56,090 nt of DNA from a virus (lineage: Duplodnaviria; Caudoviricetes): positions 1 through 56,090 of the IMG/VR virus record IMGVR_UViG_3300037191_001062; one strand, given 5' to 3'. Below are positions 9,080 to 18,771 of this stretch, piece by piece (position 1 is the stretch's first letter; each line of letters opens with the position of its first letter). Made by a program: the position numbers and the translations under genes. The notes beneath the pieces were generated by a model, which saw nothing but the letters and a program-made list of their open reading frames with translations, had not been told where the DNA came from and searched no databases.

Positions 9080-9985
9080 ATGAGTCTTTTAGATAAAATG
9101 TTAAAATCCGGTTCAATCAAACAAGCTGGTGTTGTAAATAAATCTGCTTTCTTTGACGAAAAAGAACCAATTCAGACTGAATTACCAATTGTGAATATCG
9201 CTTTTAGTGGTTCACTTAAAGGTGGTTTAATCCCAGGTCTAACTGTTGTCGCTGGTGCATCAAAAAGTTTCAAAACTCTACTATCACTGTATTGTATGAA
9301 AGCATATCTTGAAAAATATAAAGATGGTGTTGCTTTGTTGTATGATTCAGAATTTGGTATTACACCAGATTATTTAGAAAGTTTTGATATTGATACGTCA
9401 CGTGTACTACATATTCCAATCGAAGATGTTGAACAGCTTAAATTTGATATCGTTAAGCGATTAGACCAGATTGATAAGAAAGATCGTGTATTCATCATGA
9501 TCGATTCTATCGGTAACTTAGCTTCTAAGAAAGAAGTTGACGATGCTATGAAAGATAACTCAGCTGCTGATATGACTCGTGCTAAGCAACTTAAATCTTT
9601 ATTTCGCATCATAACTCCAAAGCTAACTACAAGAAACATTCCTTGTTTAGCTGTTAATCATATCTATCAAGAAATTGGTATGTTTCCTAAGAATATTGTA
9701 TCTGGTGGTTGCGTAGTTGAAGGCACAGAAATTCAAACACCAGATGGTCTTAAGAATGTTGAAGACTTCAATGTTGGCGAAAAAGTTATTACTCTAAACG
9801 GTGATAAAGTTGTAAGTCATGTTTGGAACCCTGATACACTTGAAGATGGCAATCCAGAATGTTATGAAGTTGAATTTGAAGATGGATTTAAAGCAACTGT
9901 TTCAGATAAACATAAATTCTTGGTTAACGAAGAATGGGTTGAAGCTAAAGATTTAGTTGTTGGAATGGATTGTACTGTTATTTAG
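9080..9985 (+). CDS. uvsX: UvsX recombinase N-extein (aa 1-210) fused to split-intein N-fragment (aa 211-301)
   Basis: Walker A GASKSFKT, YDSEFG, IDSIGNLASKKE; then CVVEGTEIQT (intein block A) and TVSDKHKF (block B). Confidence 0.95.
   Translation: MSLLDKMLKSGSIKQAGVVNKSAFFDEKEPIQTELPIVNIAFSGSLKGGLIPGLTVVAGASKSFKTLLSLYCMKAYLEKYKDGVALLYDSEFGITPDYLESFDIDTSRVLHIPIEDVEQLKFDIVKRLDQIDKKDRVFIMIDSIGNLASKKEVDDAMKDNSAADMTRAKQLKSLFRIITPKLTTRNIPCLAVNHIYQEIGMFPKNIVSGGCVVEGTEIQTPDGLKNVEDFNVGEKVITLNGDKVVSHVWNPDTLEDGNPECYEVEFEDGFKATVSDKHKFLVNEEWVEAKDLVVGMDCTVI
9710..9985 (+). mobile_element. split intein N-fragment (IntN, 91 aa)
   Basis: Cys1 directly after SGG, SxxH block B, WVEAKDL..G.D end typical of IntN. 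Confidence 0.9.
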
Positions 9986-10038
9986 TGATACAATTGCTCT
10001 AGCTAGAAAGCTATATCTTAATGAAATAAGGAAACAAA

Positions 10039-10155
10039 ATGAAAATAGTTAACGTTAAACAGGTTGGTAGAAAACCGGTTTATGATTTATCAATAGCAAC
10101 TGAAAATTATGATGAGCAACATTATGTACTCAAAAATGGTATAGTAACACACAAT
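10039..10155 (+). mobile_element. split intein C-fragment (IntC, 39 aa)
   Basis: block F VYDL, block G terminal His-Asn, +1 Thr. Confidence 0.92.
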
Positions 10156-10581
10156 ACTGGTATCTATTATTCAGCAAATCAAATCTTTATTATTAGTAAG
10201 TCTCAAGAAAAAGATGGTACTGATTTAGCAGGATTTAAATTTACAATCAATATCGAAAAATCTCGTTTTGTTCGTGAAAAAGCAAAACTACCATTCACTG
10301 TATTGTATGATTCTGGTATTCAAAAGTGGTCAGCATTGTTTGACTTAGCTATTGAATCTGGACATATAGCAAAAGGCGCCACTCAAGGCTGGTATAATGT
10401 TGTTGACCAAGAAACTGGTGAGCTTGTTGAACCTAAGCGTAGACAGAAAGACTTAGGTTCTGATGATAAATTCTTCGAAGCTCTTGTTAAAAACGAAACA
10501 TTTAACAACTTTATCGAACGTAAATATAAATTGACTATACCAGGAAAAATGAAAGATGATGGAAACAACGATACTATCTAA
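10039..10581 (+). CDS. uvsX: split-intein C-fragment (aa 1-39) fused to UvsX C-extein
   Basis: AAGGA RBS; MKIV..VYDLSI...HYVLKNGIVTHN|TGIYYSANQIFII, KSRFVREK. Confidence 0.95.
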   Translation: MKIVNVKQVGRKPVYDLSIATENYDEQHYVLKNGIVTHNTGIYYSANQIFIISKSQEKDGTDLAGFKFTINIEKSRFVREKAKLPFTVLYDSGIQKWSALFDLAIESGHIAKGATQGWYNVVDQETGELVEPKRRQKDLGSDDKFFEALVKNETFNNFIERKYKLTIPGKMKDDGNNDTI

Positions 10582-11986
10582 TTTAGTCTATAATAACGAA
10601 TACTACGCAAAAGTATATCCTTTTATTAAAGACGAATATTTTGATGATAACACACACCGTAAAATCTTTGATTCTTATCGCGATTATGTTGAACAATATA
10701 AGGCGCCTCCTTCATTGGAGGCTCTGCGAATCTCGATTGATAATCGTAAAGACTTAAACGAAACATCTTATTCTGAAATAATGAGTTCTATCAGTGAATT
10801 GAAAGTTGATAAAGATACAAATACTCAATTTCTATTCGATGAAACTGAAAAGTTTTGCCAGAATAAAGATCTTTATAACTCTATTCGTAAAGCAATTAAT
10901 ATCCTAGATGCTGATGATGAAGGCTCTAAAGATGGTACTGAAGAAGGTAAGGGTTCAATACCAAAACTTTTACAAGACTCACTAGGTATCAGTTTTGACT
11001 CGAGCGTTGGTCATGATTATCTAGAAGAATACGAAGGTCGATACGATTTCTATCATAAGAAAGAAGAACGAGTTCCCTTTGATATTGACTTGCTTAATAC
11101 AATTACCAAAGGTGGTCTACCTCGCAAGTCAATGACAGTATTACTAGCAACTACTGGTGGCGGTAAGTCGTTAATTAAATGTCATATGGCTGCAAACCAT
11201 CTGATGTACGGAAAGGACGTACTGTATATTACAATGGAAATGGCTGAAGAACGTATTGCTGAACGTATTGATGCAAACATGATGGATATCACAATTGACC
11301 AAGTTAAAGAAATTCCACGCGATGTCTATGAAAAACGCTTAAACAGATATAAAAGTAAGACTACTGGTAAATTAATTATCAAAGAATATCCTACTGGTTC
11401 TGCTCACGCCGGTCACTTCAGACATTTACTGAATGAATTGAAAATGAAAAAGAATTTTGCCCCAGATATTATCTTTGTTGATTACTTGAACATATGCTCA
11501 TCATCTCGTGTTCGTGGAGCAGCAGCAGCAAATTCATACACATTAGTCAAGTCAATCGCTGAAGAAATTCGCGGTCTTGCTATGGAATTTAATTGTGCCG
11601 TCGTTACATCTTCTCAGTTTAACAGAGATGGGTATGGAAATTCAGATGTCGATTTAACGAACACTTCTGAGTCTATGGGTATCACTCATACTGCAGATTG
11701 CATACTAGGTCTAATTACATCTGAAGCACTTGATGATTTAGGTCAACTTATGATCAAGCAACTAAAAAATCGTTGGGGCGACTTATCACATTATCGTAAA
11801 TTCTTGGTTGGAATAGACAAATCAAAAATGAAGATTTATAATCTTGAAGAAAGTGCACAACAGAATATCTCTACTGGCGATGCTAACCAACAGAAAGATA
11901 CTGGTCCTGCATTTGATAAAGGTGACTTTGGTTCTAGAATGGGTGGTAATAAACCGGGTCGTTTTAACTCGGGTGGTCTTGTATAA
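10556..11986 (+). CDS. 41: replicative DNA helicase gp41
   Basis: ATTGGGKS Walker A, YITMEMAEERIAERID, IKEYPT, VDYLNIC, QLKNRWGD. Confidence 0.97.
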   Translation: MMETTILSNLVYNNEYYAKVYPFIKDEYFDDNTHRKIFDSYRDYVEQYKAPPSLEALRISIDNRKDLNETSYSEIMSSISELKVDKDTNTQFLFDETEKFCQNKDLYNSIRKAINILDADDEGSKDGTEEGKGSIPKLLQDSLGISFDSSVGHDYLEEYEGRYDFYHKKEERVPFDIDLLNTITKGGLPRKSMTVLLATTGGGKSLIKCHMAANHLMYGKDVLYITMEMAEERIAERIDANMMDITIDQVKEIPRDVYEKRLNRYKSKTTGKLIIKEYPTGSAHAGHFRHLLNELKMKKNFAPDIIFVDYLNICSSSRVRGAAAANSYTLVKSIAEEIRGLAMEFNCAVVTSSQFNRDGYGNSDVDLTNTSESMGITHTADCILGLITSEALDDLGQLMIKQLKNRWGDLSHYRKFLVGIDKSKMKIYNLEESAQQNISTGDANQQKDTGPAFDKGDFGSRMGGNKPGRFNSGGLV

Positions 11987-12080
11987 CTACAGTCGTAAAT
12001 TATTAAAATAAGCATAGGTGGATTGATGATAAATTTTAAAAGTTTAGTGAATTATATTTGTCATATGATTCACTCAAGAT

Positions 12081-13373
12081 ATGTCTGAATCATATTTTGT
12101 TGAAGCTAGTCTGAGAAAACAAAAACTAGAACTAAAATCGTACATTAAAAAATCGTTGAAAGATGTTAAGTTTACTGAATCTAGCCGCGGAGCGTATCAC
12201 ATACGTTTTCCGATGGCTGGGACTGATTTGGAAATATCAAACATACTTAAGAAACACAATTTAGAAATTATACATTATGATAAAGCTCCAATATCATCTA
12301 AGTTTCCAACTATGATTTTAAAACTCACAAAAGATATTTCAACTAAACTAGTTGTTGGTACTGAGATACCGTGGGTAAATAATTCGTCGAGCGCTGCTAA
12401 AACTGGTGCTCAACTATTCGGAACTAAAGATTTAACACCAGATAGTTTAGGCTTAGCAGGCAAGACTTTGACACGTTCTGAAATCATAAATACAATTAAG
12501 CCACACTTAGAAAAAAAGTATGAGGCGAGTGTTGTAAGCGAACTTATCAATATGGCAAAAGCAGTTAATACAACAAGTTCAAAAATTAAACACGTTAATT
12601 CGTTTTCAACTAAAGATCTTGCAAAGATATCAGCAGACTTTGGTGAAATACTTTCTGCGATTTGGGCTCAGACTAATCTTTATTTTAGATCTAGCTATTT
12701 CCCTAAAGCAAGCAACGAAGCATTAATAGATTTTTACGGAATGCGATTAGGTATTCCATATCCAATATCTGTAAAGTCTGGTGGTGGCGGTAAAGTTACT
12801 GTTCAAAATATCATCGATTCTATTAATAACAGAATAAAGACTGCCATAGTATCAGATTTAACTAACGAGCATTCGCTAGCAATTTTTAAAATTGTTAATA
12901 ATATGTCTATGAAAGAACAGATGTTCGAACTTCATAAATACATGAATACTATAGCTATTAGAACACTTGCTGAGATTATGGATGTTGACGTGTCTATTAT
13001 CAATTTAAACACTGTTCTTGATTTTGTTAATAATTTCGAATTTCAGCATGATTTAGTGAGAAATTTAGAACCATTCTGGTTAGTTCAAAATACAGTTCTT
13101 ACTGACCGAATAAAAGAAGCTGATGATAGATTAAGGCTTGTTTTATCACCTTTAGGCGAATCTATTTGGAAAATTCTTAATAATGATGAAAAAATTAGAG
13201 AATCTCTTACTCGTGTAGCTAGACAAGTTGCGTTGATTCAAATTAACGTTGATGTAACAAAAACACAAATAAGCTTTAATACTAATAAATTCAAAGATTC
13301 AACCTTTCAATTTGGCTGGGCGGGATATGCAGCCAAAAACAAATTAGGGTTTAAGATGAAGGTTAAAAGGTAA
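12081..13373 (+). CDS. hypothetical protein, possible PD-(D/E)XK nuclease fold
   Basis: DFGEIL...FPKASNEALIDF...ISVKSG pattern. Confidence 0.6.
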   Translation: MSESYFVEASLRKQKLELKSYIKKSLKDVKFTESSRGAYHIRFPMAGTDLEISNILKKHNLEIIHYDKAPISSKFPTMILKLTKDISTKLVVGTEIPWVNNSSSAAKTGAQLFGTKDLTPDSLGLAGKTLTRSEIINTIKPHLEKKYEASVVSELINMAKAVNTTSSKIKHVNSFSTKDLAKISADFGEILSAIWAQTNLYFRSSYFPKASNEALIDFYGMRLGIPYPISVKSGGGGKVTVQNIIDSINNRIKTAIVSDLTNEHSLAIFKIVNNMSMKEQMFELHKYMNTIAIRTLAEIMDVDVSIINLNTVLDFVNNFEFQHDLVRNLEPFWLVQNTVLTDRIKEADDRLRLVLSPLGESIWKILNNDEKIRESLTRVARQVALIQINVDVTKTQISFNTNKFKDSTFQFGWAGYAAKNKLGFKMKVKR

Positions 13374-13377
13374 TTAA

Positions 13378-14607
13378 GTGCATAGTTTTAAAAATTTTAT
13401 AATAGAATCTAAGAACATTCATATGAAACACGTAGAAGATTCAGTAATTGATGGTAGTGTTACTGGTGTAAGAACTGTAATTGATTATTTCAAAAGTCTT
13501 CGTAATATGCTTGCTGGTAGTACAAGTGATACTGTTAACTTAAGTGTTAAATGGGATGGATCGCCTGCTATTTTTGCTGGAATCGATCCTTCTGATGGAA
13601 AGTTCTTCGTTGCAAAGAAAGGCTTATTTAATAAAAACCCAAAAGTTTATAAAACACAACAAGATATTAATGATGATTTGAGCGGTGCACTTCGTGATAA
13701 ATTTACGATAGCGCTCAAAGAGCTTAGTAAACTTGGAATTAAAGGAGTTGTACAAGGTGATTTCCTCTATTCGAGCGATGATATTGAAGAAGATAATATT
13801 GATGGAGAACCGCATATTACTTTTCATCCTAATACCATTGTTTATGCGGTACCAAAGAAAAGCGATCTTGCTAAAAGAATCCTTAAATCAAAAATCGGTG
13901 TGGTCTGGCATACAATCTACAGAGGAGAATCTTTTGAGACACTGTCAGCAACTTTTGGAAAAGAGATTGCAATCGATCTTAAAGAAGTAGGTTCTGTTTG
14001 GTCAGTTGATGCTGTATTTAAAGATTCTTCGGGTTTAGTTACATTTACTAAACAGGAAACTGATGAAGTTACTATGATGTTATCAAATGCTGATAGAGTA
14101 TTTACGCGCGTTAAAAAAGCAGTCTTGGACGAACTTTCAAATAATACAGAACTCAATCTTCGAGTTAATACTTATATAAATAGTAAAATAAGAGCTGGTG
14201 AACGCATTATTGATCTTGCGGCTTTTATGATTGGACTTACTCAATTTATCGAAGAGTATTATCAGAAACTAGCAGACAAGCGTAAAACTCTAAAAGGAAA
14301 AACTGCTCAAATGGATAAAAAAAATTCTGTATTATCGTTCTTTAATAAATTTAAACAAAAAGATATTGAGAACGTATTCATCTTATATAATATACTAGTT
14401 GATATTAAATTAGTTATCATTGATAAGCTGAATAAAGTAGATGGCCTTAAAACTCTACTTAAAACAAACAAAGGTTACGAAGTTACTGGTCAAGAAGGTT
14501 TTGTTGCTATAGATCGTTACGGCAAGAATTCATTGAAACTAGTAGATAGATTACAATTTAGTAAAGCAAACTTTTCAAGTGATTATATTAAAGGGTGGCA
14601 AAAATGA
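13378..14607 (+). CDS. conserved T4-like protein, probable internal head protein
   Basis: GTG start; MHSFKNFIIE N-terminus; HMKHVED, VKWDGSPA, EGFVA, KLVDRLQFS. Confidence 0.8.
   Translation: MHSFKNFIIESKNIHMKHVEDSVIDGSVTGVRTVIDYFKSLRNMLAGSTSDTVNLSVKWDGSPAIFAGIDPSDGKFFVAKKGLFNKNPKVYKTQQDINDDLSGALRDKFTIALKELSKLGIKGVVQGDFLYSSDDIEEDNIDGEPHITFHPNTIVYAVPKKSDLAKRILKSKIGVVWHTIYRGESFETLSATFGKEIAIDLKEVGSVWSVDAVFKDSSGLVTFTKQETDEVTMMLSNADRVFTRVKKAVLDELSNNTELNLRVNTYINSKIRAGERIIDLAAFMIGLTQFIEEYYQKLADKRKTLKGKTAQMDKKNSVLSFFNKFKQKDIENVFILYNILVDIKLVIIDKLNKVDGLKTLLKTNKGYEVTGQEGFVAIDRYGKNSLKLVDRLQFSKANFSSDYIKGWQK
14175..14182 (+). promoter_or_regulatory. T4-type late promoter (intragenic)
   Basis: TATAAATA upstream of structural-like genes. 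Confidence 0.5.
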
Positions 14608-15299
14608 GTGCATTAGACGACTTAAAATCTCTTCTTCAGGAGGCTAACATATCTAAACATATTTTGGAATCAAACCCCTTTGATGAAGTTGCTAAGAAAA
14701 AAGAGCAACATATAGAAGAAAATGTTGCTCAACAATATGCTGGTCGAATTGGCGGACAAAGGCCAATAACGGTATTGGAAGATATTGAAGCTCAACGATG
14801 GAATGATCCGTTAAGATATACAAATTTTGTAACTCAAGAACAGATGAATGATCATTATAGGCTGTTGCTGCAACGAGTACAGACACAACTATCCACTATT
14901 AGTGGCGGTGGTGAAGTCAATCTTCGCATGCTAGACGATGTAGATAGATCATCTATTTCTGATGGTCGGTTCCTTAAATATAATGGTGCAATTGGAAAGT
15001 TTTCGTTTGAAAGCGTAACAGAATCAATTCATGAAACTATATTAGTCACCGACTCATCATATCAAATATCTAGTTCGGATTACTACGTCGGTGTCAATCG
15101 TGCTAGTATAGTGACTCTAACTTTACCAGTATCTCCTATTACAGGTAAAGTATTGGTTATCAAAGACGAAAGCGGCGATTGTGAAACAAATCAAATAACA
15201 GTATCAGGTACTGTAGATAACGATTCTGGCGGCTTTGTTTTACAAATTAACAACGGTTCAATTTCATTAATTTATAGAGACGGATGGAGAATAATATGA
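14595..15299 (+). CDS. putative virion structural protein
   Basis: GGGEVNL..LDDVD and DYYVGVN...LTLP...IKDESG...GWRII beta-rich module. Confidence 0.7.
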   Translation: MAKMSALDDLKSLLQEANISKHILESNPFDEVAKKKEQHIEENVAQQYAGRIGGQRPITVLEDIEAQRWNDPLRYTNFVTQEQMNDHYRLLLQRVQTQLSTISGGGEVNLRMLDDVDRSSISDGRFLKYNGAIGKFSFESVTESIHETILVTDSSYQISSSDYYVGVNRASIVTLTLPVSPITGKVLVIKDESGDCETNQITVSGTVDNDSGGFVLQINNGSISLIYRDGWRII

Positions 15300-16555
15300 G
15301 TTATGCATTCAATAATAAAATTCAAGGTAGTACAACAACTAGTTTTGGTAAAACGGTTTTATCAGTTGATGATGATACAGTTCAACACACATCAAAGAAT
15401 CGCAGAAAAGTTTCTACTTATGAAGTTATCGACTTTTCCACATTCCCTTTTAGTAAAAACGACAAAGATTTCGACGAAATAGCCACTAGTGGCGGGTCAA
15501 GTACTCACGACGAATATCTTGGTATGGTAGAGATGTCGGTTGGAAACACAGCTGGAAGTTCAATTATCCGCCAAACTAAAAGAGTGCAGCGTTATCTACC
15601 TGGTCGTGCAAACGAAGCAACTCTATGTACCATTTTAGGCGATGTTGTAGGTACTACGCGCAGGGTTGGTGTGTTTGATGATTTAAATGGTGCGTACTTT
15701 GAAACTAACGGTACTGACTTGTATTGCGTTATTCGTAGAAATACATCCGGTGGACCTGTAGAAGAACGAGTTTCCCGTGATAATTGGAATGGCGATAAAT
15801 TAGATGGTACTGGACTAAGCGGAATTACTCTTGATCTTAATAAGATTCAGTTAATTGTTATTGAGTATGAATGGTATGGAGCTGGACAAGTTGAATTCAA
15901 ATTTGTTATTGATAACAATGCGCATTCTGTACATCAACAAAACACCTCAAACAACAGCGATTACACTTGGTCGCAAAGCGGAACACTCCCTACTAGATAC
16001 GAATTTACTAATGTTGATGGCACAACTAATCCCGTATCCATGTACCAAGGTTCGCACTCTTTCTTAACTGAAGGTACGGCTAAGCTTTTTGGCAAACACC
16101 AAAGCGTTTCGTTGCCGACTACGGGAAACGCTATCGCTTTGGCAAACACATTTTACCCGTTAGTTGCAGTACGTTTGAAAACAACAGCATTAAGCTCAGT
16201 TGTTATTCCTGATGAATATGCAGCGGCTTCGTTTGATAAGACTGATTTGTTTGTTCGTACCATCACTGATGCTACTGTAACTGGTGGTACGTGGGTAAGT
16301 ATCGGTGCTGAGTCGCCGCTAGAATATAACATCACAGCATCTGGGTTCTCGGGTGGAGTTGTTGAAAGCACTAAATTGATAACAGAAAAAACAATGGGTG
16401 AAACTCTAACATTTCCTTCAAAGGCTATATCTCAGATTGGCAGGAAAACAACAACAATATTGGGAGACACTTCACAAACGTTTTTAATTGCCGGTGCAAC
16501 TACTGATGTCGATAAAGACGTGTGGGCATCTTTGGGTTGGATTGAAGTATGGTAA
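15284..16555 (+). CDS. putative virion structural protein (beta-rich)
   Basis: Thr/Ser/Gly-rich; RYLPGR, WNGDKLDGTG.SG.TLD, YEWYGAG, LGWIEV. Confidence 0.75.
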   Translation: MENNMSYAFNNKIQGSTTTSFGKTVLSVDDDTVQHTSKNRRKVSTYEVIDFSTFPFSKNDKDFDEIATSGGSSTHDEYLGMVEMSVGNTAGSSIIRQTKRVQRYLPGRANEATLCTILGDVVGTTRRVGVFDDLNGAYFETNGTDLYCVIRRNTSGGPVEERVSRDNWNGDKLDGTGLSGITLDLNKIQLIVIEYEWYGAGQVEFKFVIDNNAHSVHQQNTSNNSDYTWSQSGTLPTRYEFTNVDGTTNPVSMYQGSHSFLTEGTAKLFGKHQSVSLPTTGNAIALANTFYPLVAVRLKTTALSSVVIPDEYAAASFDKTDLFVRTITDATVTGGTWVSIGAESPLEYNITASGFSGGVVESTKLITEKTMGETLTFPSKAISQIGRKTTTILGDTSQTFLIAGATTDVDKDVWASLGWIEVW

Positions 16556-16585
16556 ATATAATCGTAGTTTAAACATATAATCGCG

Positions 16586-16614
16586 TGTCGAGGAGATGAA
16601 GAATCTCCTCGACA
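16586..16614. repeat. perfect 12-bp inverted repeat
   Basis: tgtcgaggagat-gaaga-atctcctcgaca. Confidence 0.85.
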
Positions 16615-16648
16615 GAACTATCAATTCATTCAGTCCTTTCTATAAAAT

Positions 16649-16656
16649 TATAAATA
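16649..16656 (+). promoter_or_regulatory. T4-type late promoter
   Basis: TATAAATA about 40 nt before ATG. Confidence 0.8.
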
Positions 16657-16697
16657 GTTTAAAATACGATTAAATTATTTAAAGGGGCGACTGTCCA

Positions 16698-18650
16698 ATG
16701 GACAAAACTAAAAAATCAAAAGGGTATACTAAATCTCGAAAAGAGTTTAACCCAAAAAAATTCATTAATACAAAACCAAGTTTAAACGAAGCAGAGAAGA
16801 AAGATACTGTTGTAATTAGTTTTGGAAGAATGAATCCAATCACAGTTGGTCACGAAAAGCTCGTTAATAAAGTATTAGAAGTCGCTGCTAAATCTAAAGG
16901 TACACCACTAGTATTCCTATCTCAATCCAATGACAAGAATAAAAATCCACTAACGTATGACCAAAAAATAAAATTCGGCCAAAAAGCATTCGGTAGAGTA
17001 GTTACTAAAACTAATTCTAAAACAATTATACAAGTTGCAGTAGAATTACAAGATAAATTTAAAAATCTTGTAATGGTTGTTGGTTCTGACCGAGTTAAAG
17101 ATTTCGAAGCACTTTTAAACAAATATAACGGAAAGGATTATACTTTTGATTCTATTAGAATTGAATCTGCAGGTGAACGAGATCCTGATGGCGAAGGCGT
17201 TGAGGGTATGTCAGCATCTAAGATGAGAACTTCAGCTGTAGAAAATGACTTTGATTCATTTAAAAGTGGTCTTCCAAACAAACTCAAATCAGACGCTAAA
17301 GAAGTATTTGATGCTGTTCGTTCTGGTATGAATATATCAGAAGAAACTATTTATGAAGCGCTTAATAACCAACAACGCAGAAAACGTGCTATATTAATGA
17401 AGAAACTTGCACCTAAAATTAAACGTGGGCGCGAAAGAGCAGCAAAGAAAAAAGCACCATTATCTAAATTAAAAGATCGAGCTCGCAAAAAAGCAATCGG
17501 TGTAATGAAAGACAAGTTAGCTAAAGGTAAAGGCTACGGTGAATTAGGATTTGCACAAAGACAAGCTATCGATGACAAATTAAAGAAAATGGGTCCAGCA
17601 AAAATTAGTGTTCTATCTAGAAAATTATTACCTAGCGTAAAACAGAATGAAAAAGATAGATTTTCAAACAAAAATAAAAAAGAAAGTGTTAACGAAACGT
17701 TTGAATTGTTTTTACAAGATAGAATACTCGATGAAGCATGTAGAATAGATAAAGTTATGAAAAGACCACACATGATGATGGCAAGTAATAACACAATGAA
17801 ATTCGACAAACGCTTTAAAATGTATAAGACAAAAAACAAGACTGTTGACGAAGTAATAGAAAAACATAATACTCATTTTGAAAGTAACGGAGACGAAGCG
17901 ATGAATTTAAAAGACATATTTAACTTGCAAGAAGCAGTAGAAGAATTTATTGATGAATCATTGGAAGAAGCAAAAAAGATTGGATCTAAAGTTGAAGTTA
18001 TTCGTGGATTCGGTAAAGGTAAAGTCGGATATGTAAGAAGAATCCTTAAAGGTGAATATGGTAATCTTTCTGCTCGCAAACTTGATTTAGATTTAGAAGA
18101 TGACGGCGGTCAACTAGTCGTATACACTAAAGACGCTAAAGAAATAAAAAAAATAAAAGAATCTCTTGATGAAGCAATCAATAAAGAATCTCCATTGTAC
18201 AAGCAATACATTGAACTTAAAGGTAAATCAGTTAAAGATTTGAAAAGAATCTATCAAGCTAATAACAGTCTCGATACTAGTGGTTACGACCTTGGCAGTA
18301 AAGCAGATATTATTGCAGCTATATTGTATGATAACCACGGAAGCAGGCGTGTTAAAGTTTTATATAACGAATCTCTTGATGAAGCAAAGAAGCCAGGACT
18401 CTGGGCTAACATTCGAGCAAAACGCAAACGTGGAGAAAAACCAGCAAAACCAGGCGAAAAGGGTTATCCTAAAACTTTAGACATTGAAGAAGCTAAAACT
18501 AGTTATAAAGGTCCTTTTAACGTTGTTAAAGACGGTAAGGTTGTTAACAAAGAGCCAATGACAACTAGTCGTGCACTAGATTATTACGACTCTTTAGGCG
18601 GCGCATCTAAAGGATACGCCGTTAAACCCGCTATGGCGAGTAAGGTTTAA
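16698..18650 (+). CDS. cytidylyltransferase-like nucleotidyltransferase with long modular C-terminal extension
   Basis: FGRMNPITVGH (HxGH-type), VVGSDR, SAGERD, MSASKMR; repeated ESLDEA/ESLEEA. Confidence 0.85.
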   Translation: MDKTKKSKGYTKSRKEFNPKKFINTKPSLNEAEKKDTVVISFGRMNPITVGHEKLVNKVLEVAAKSKGTPLVFLSQSNDKNKNPLTYDQKIKFGQKAFGRVVTKTNSKTIIQVAVELQDKFKNLVMVVGSDRVKDFEALLNKYNGKDYTFDSIRIESAGERDPDGEGVEGMSASKMRTSAVENDFDSFKSGLPNKLKSDAKEVFDAVRSGMNISEETIYEALNNQQRRKRAILMKKLAPKIKRGRERAAKKKAPLSKLKDRARKKAIGVMKDKLAKGKGYGELGFAQRQAIDDKLKKMGPAKISVLSRKLLPSVKQNEKDRFSNKNKKESVNETFELFLQDRILDEACRIDKVMKRPHMMMASNNTMKFDKRFKMYKTKNKTVDEVIEKHNTHFESNGDEAMNLKDIFNLQEAVEEFIDESLEEAKKIGSKVEVIRGFGKGKVGYVRRILKGEYGNLSARKLDLDLEDDGGQLVVYTKDAKEIKKIKESLDEAINKESPLYKQYIELKGKSVKDLKRIYQANNSLDTSGYDLGSKADIIAAILYDNHGSRRVKVLYNESLDEAKKPGLWANIRAKRKRGEKPAKPGEKGYPKTLDIEEAKTSYKGPFNVVKDGKVVNKEPMTTSRALDYYDSLGGASKGYAVKPAMASKV

Positions 18651-18730
18651 ACATATTAGTTAGAAAAGTGATAAATATACCCAAATGAAAGTTTAGATTT
18701 ACAGAAATAATACAGATAATATTATATAGA

Positions 18731-18738
18731 TATAAATA
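18731..18738 (+). promoter_or_regulatory. T4-type late promoter
   Basis: TATAAATA. Confidence 0.8.
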
Positions 18739-18771
18739 AGAGTATAAATTAAACAATATAAAGGAAAAAGA

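Noticed and set aside
9986-10038. Group I intron or simple frameshift explaining the broken uvsX
   Set aside because: The gap is only 53 nt with no intron core; both flanks carry intein motifs and the second ORF has its own RBS.
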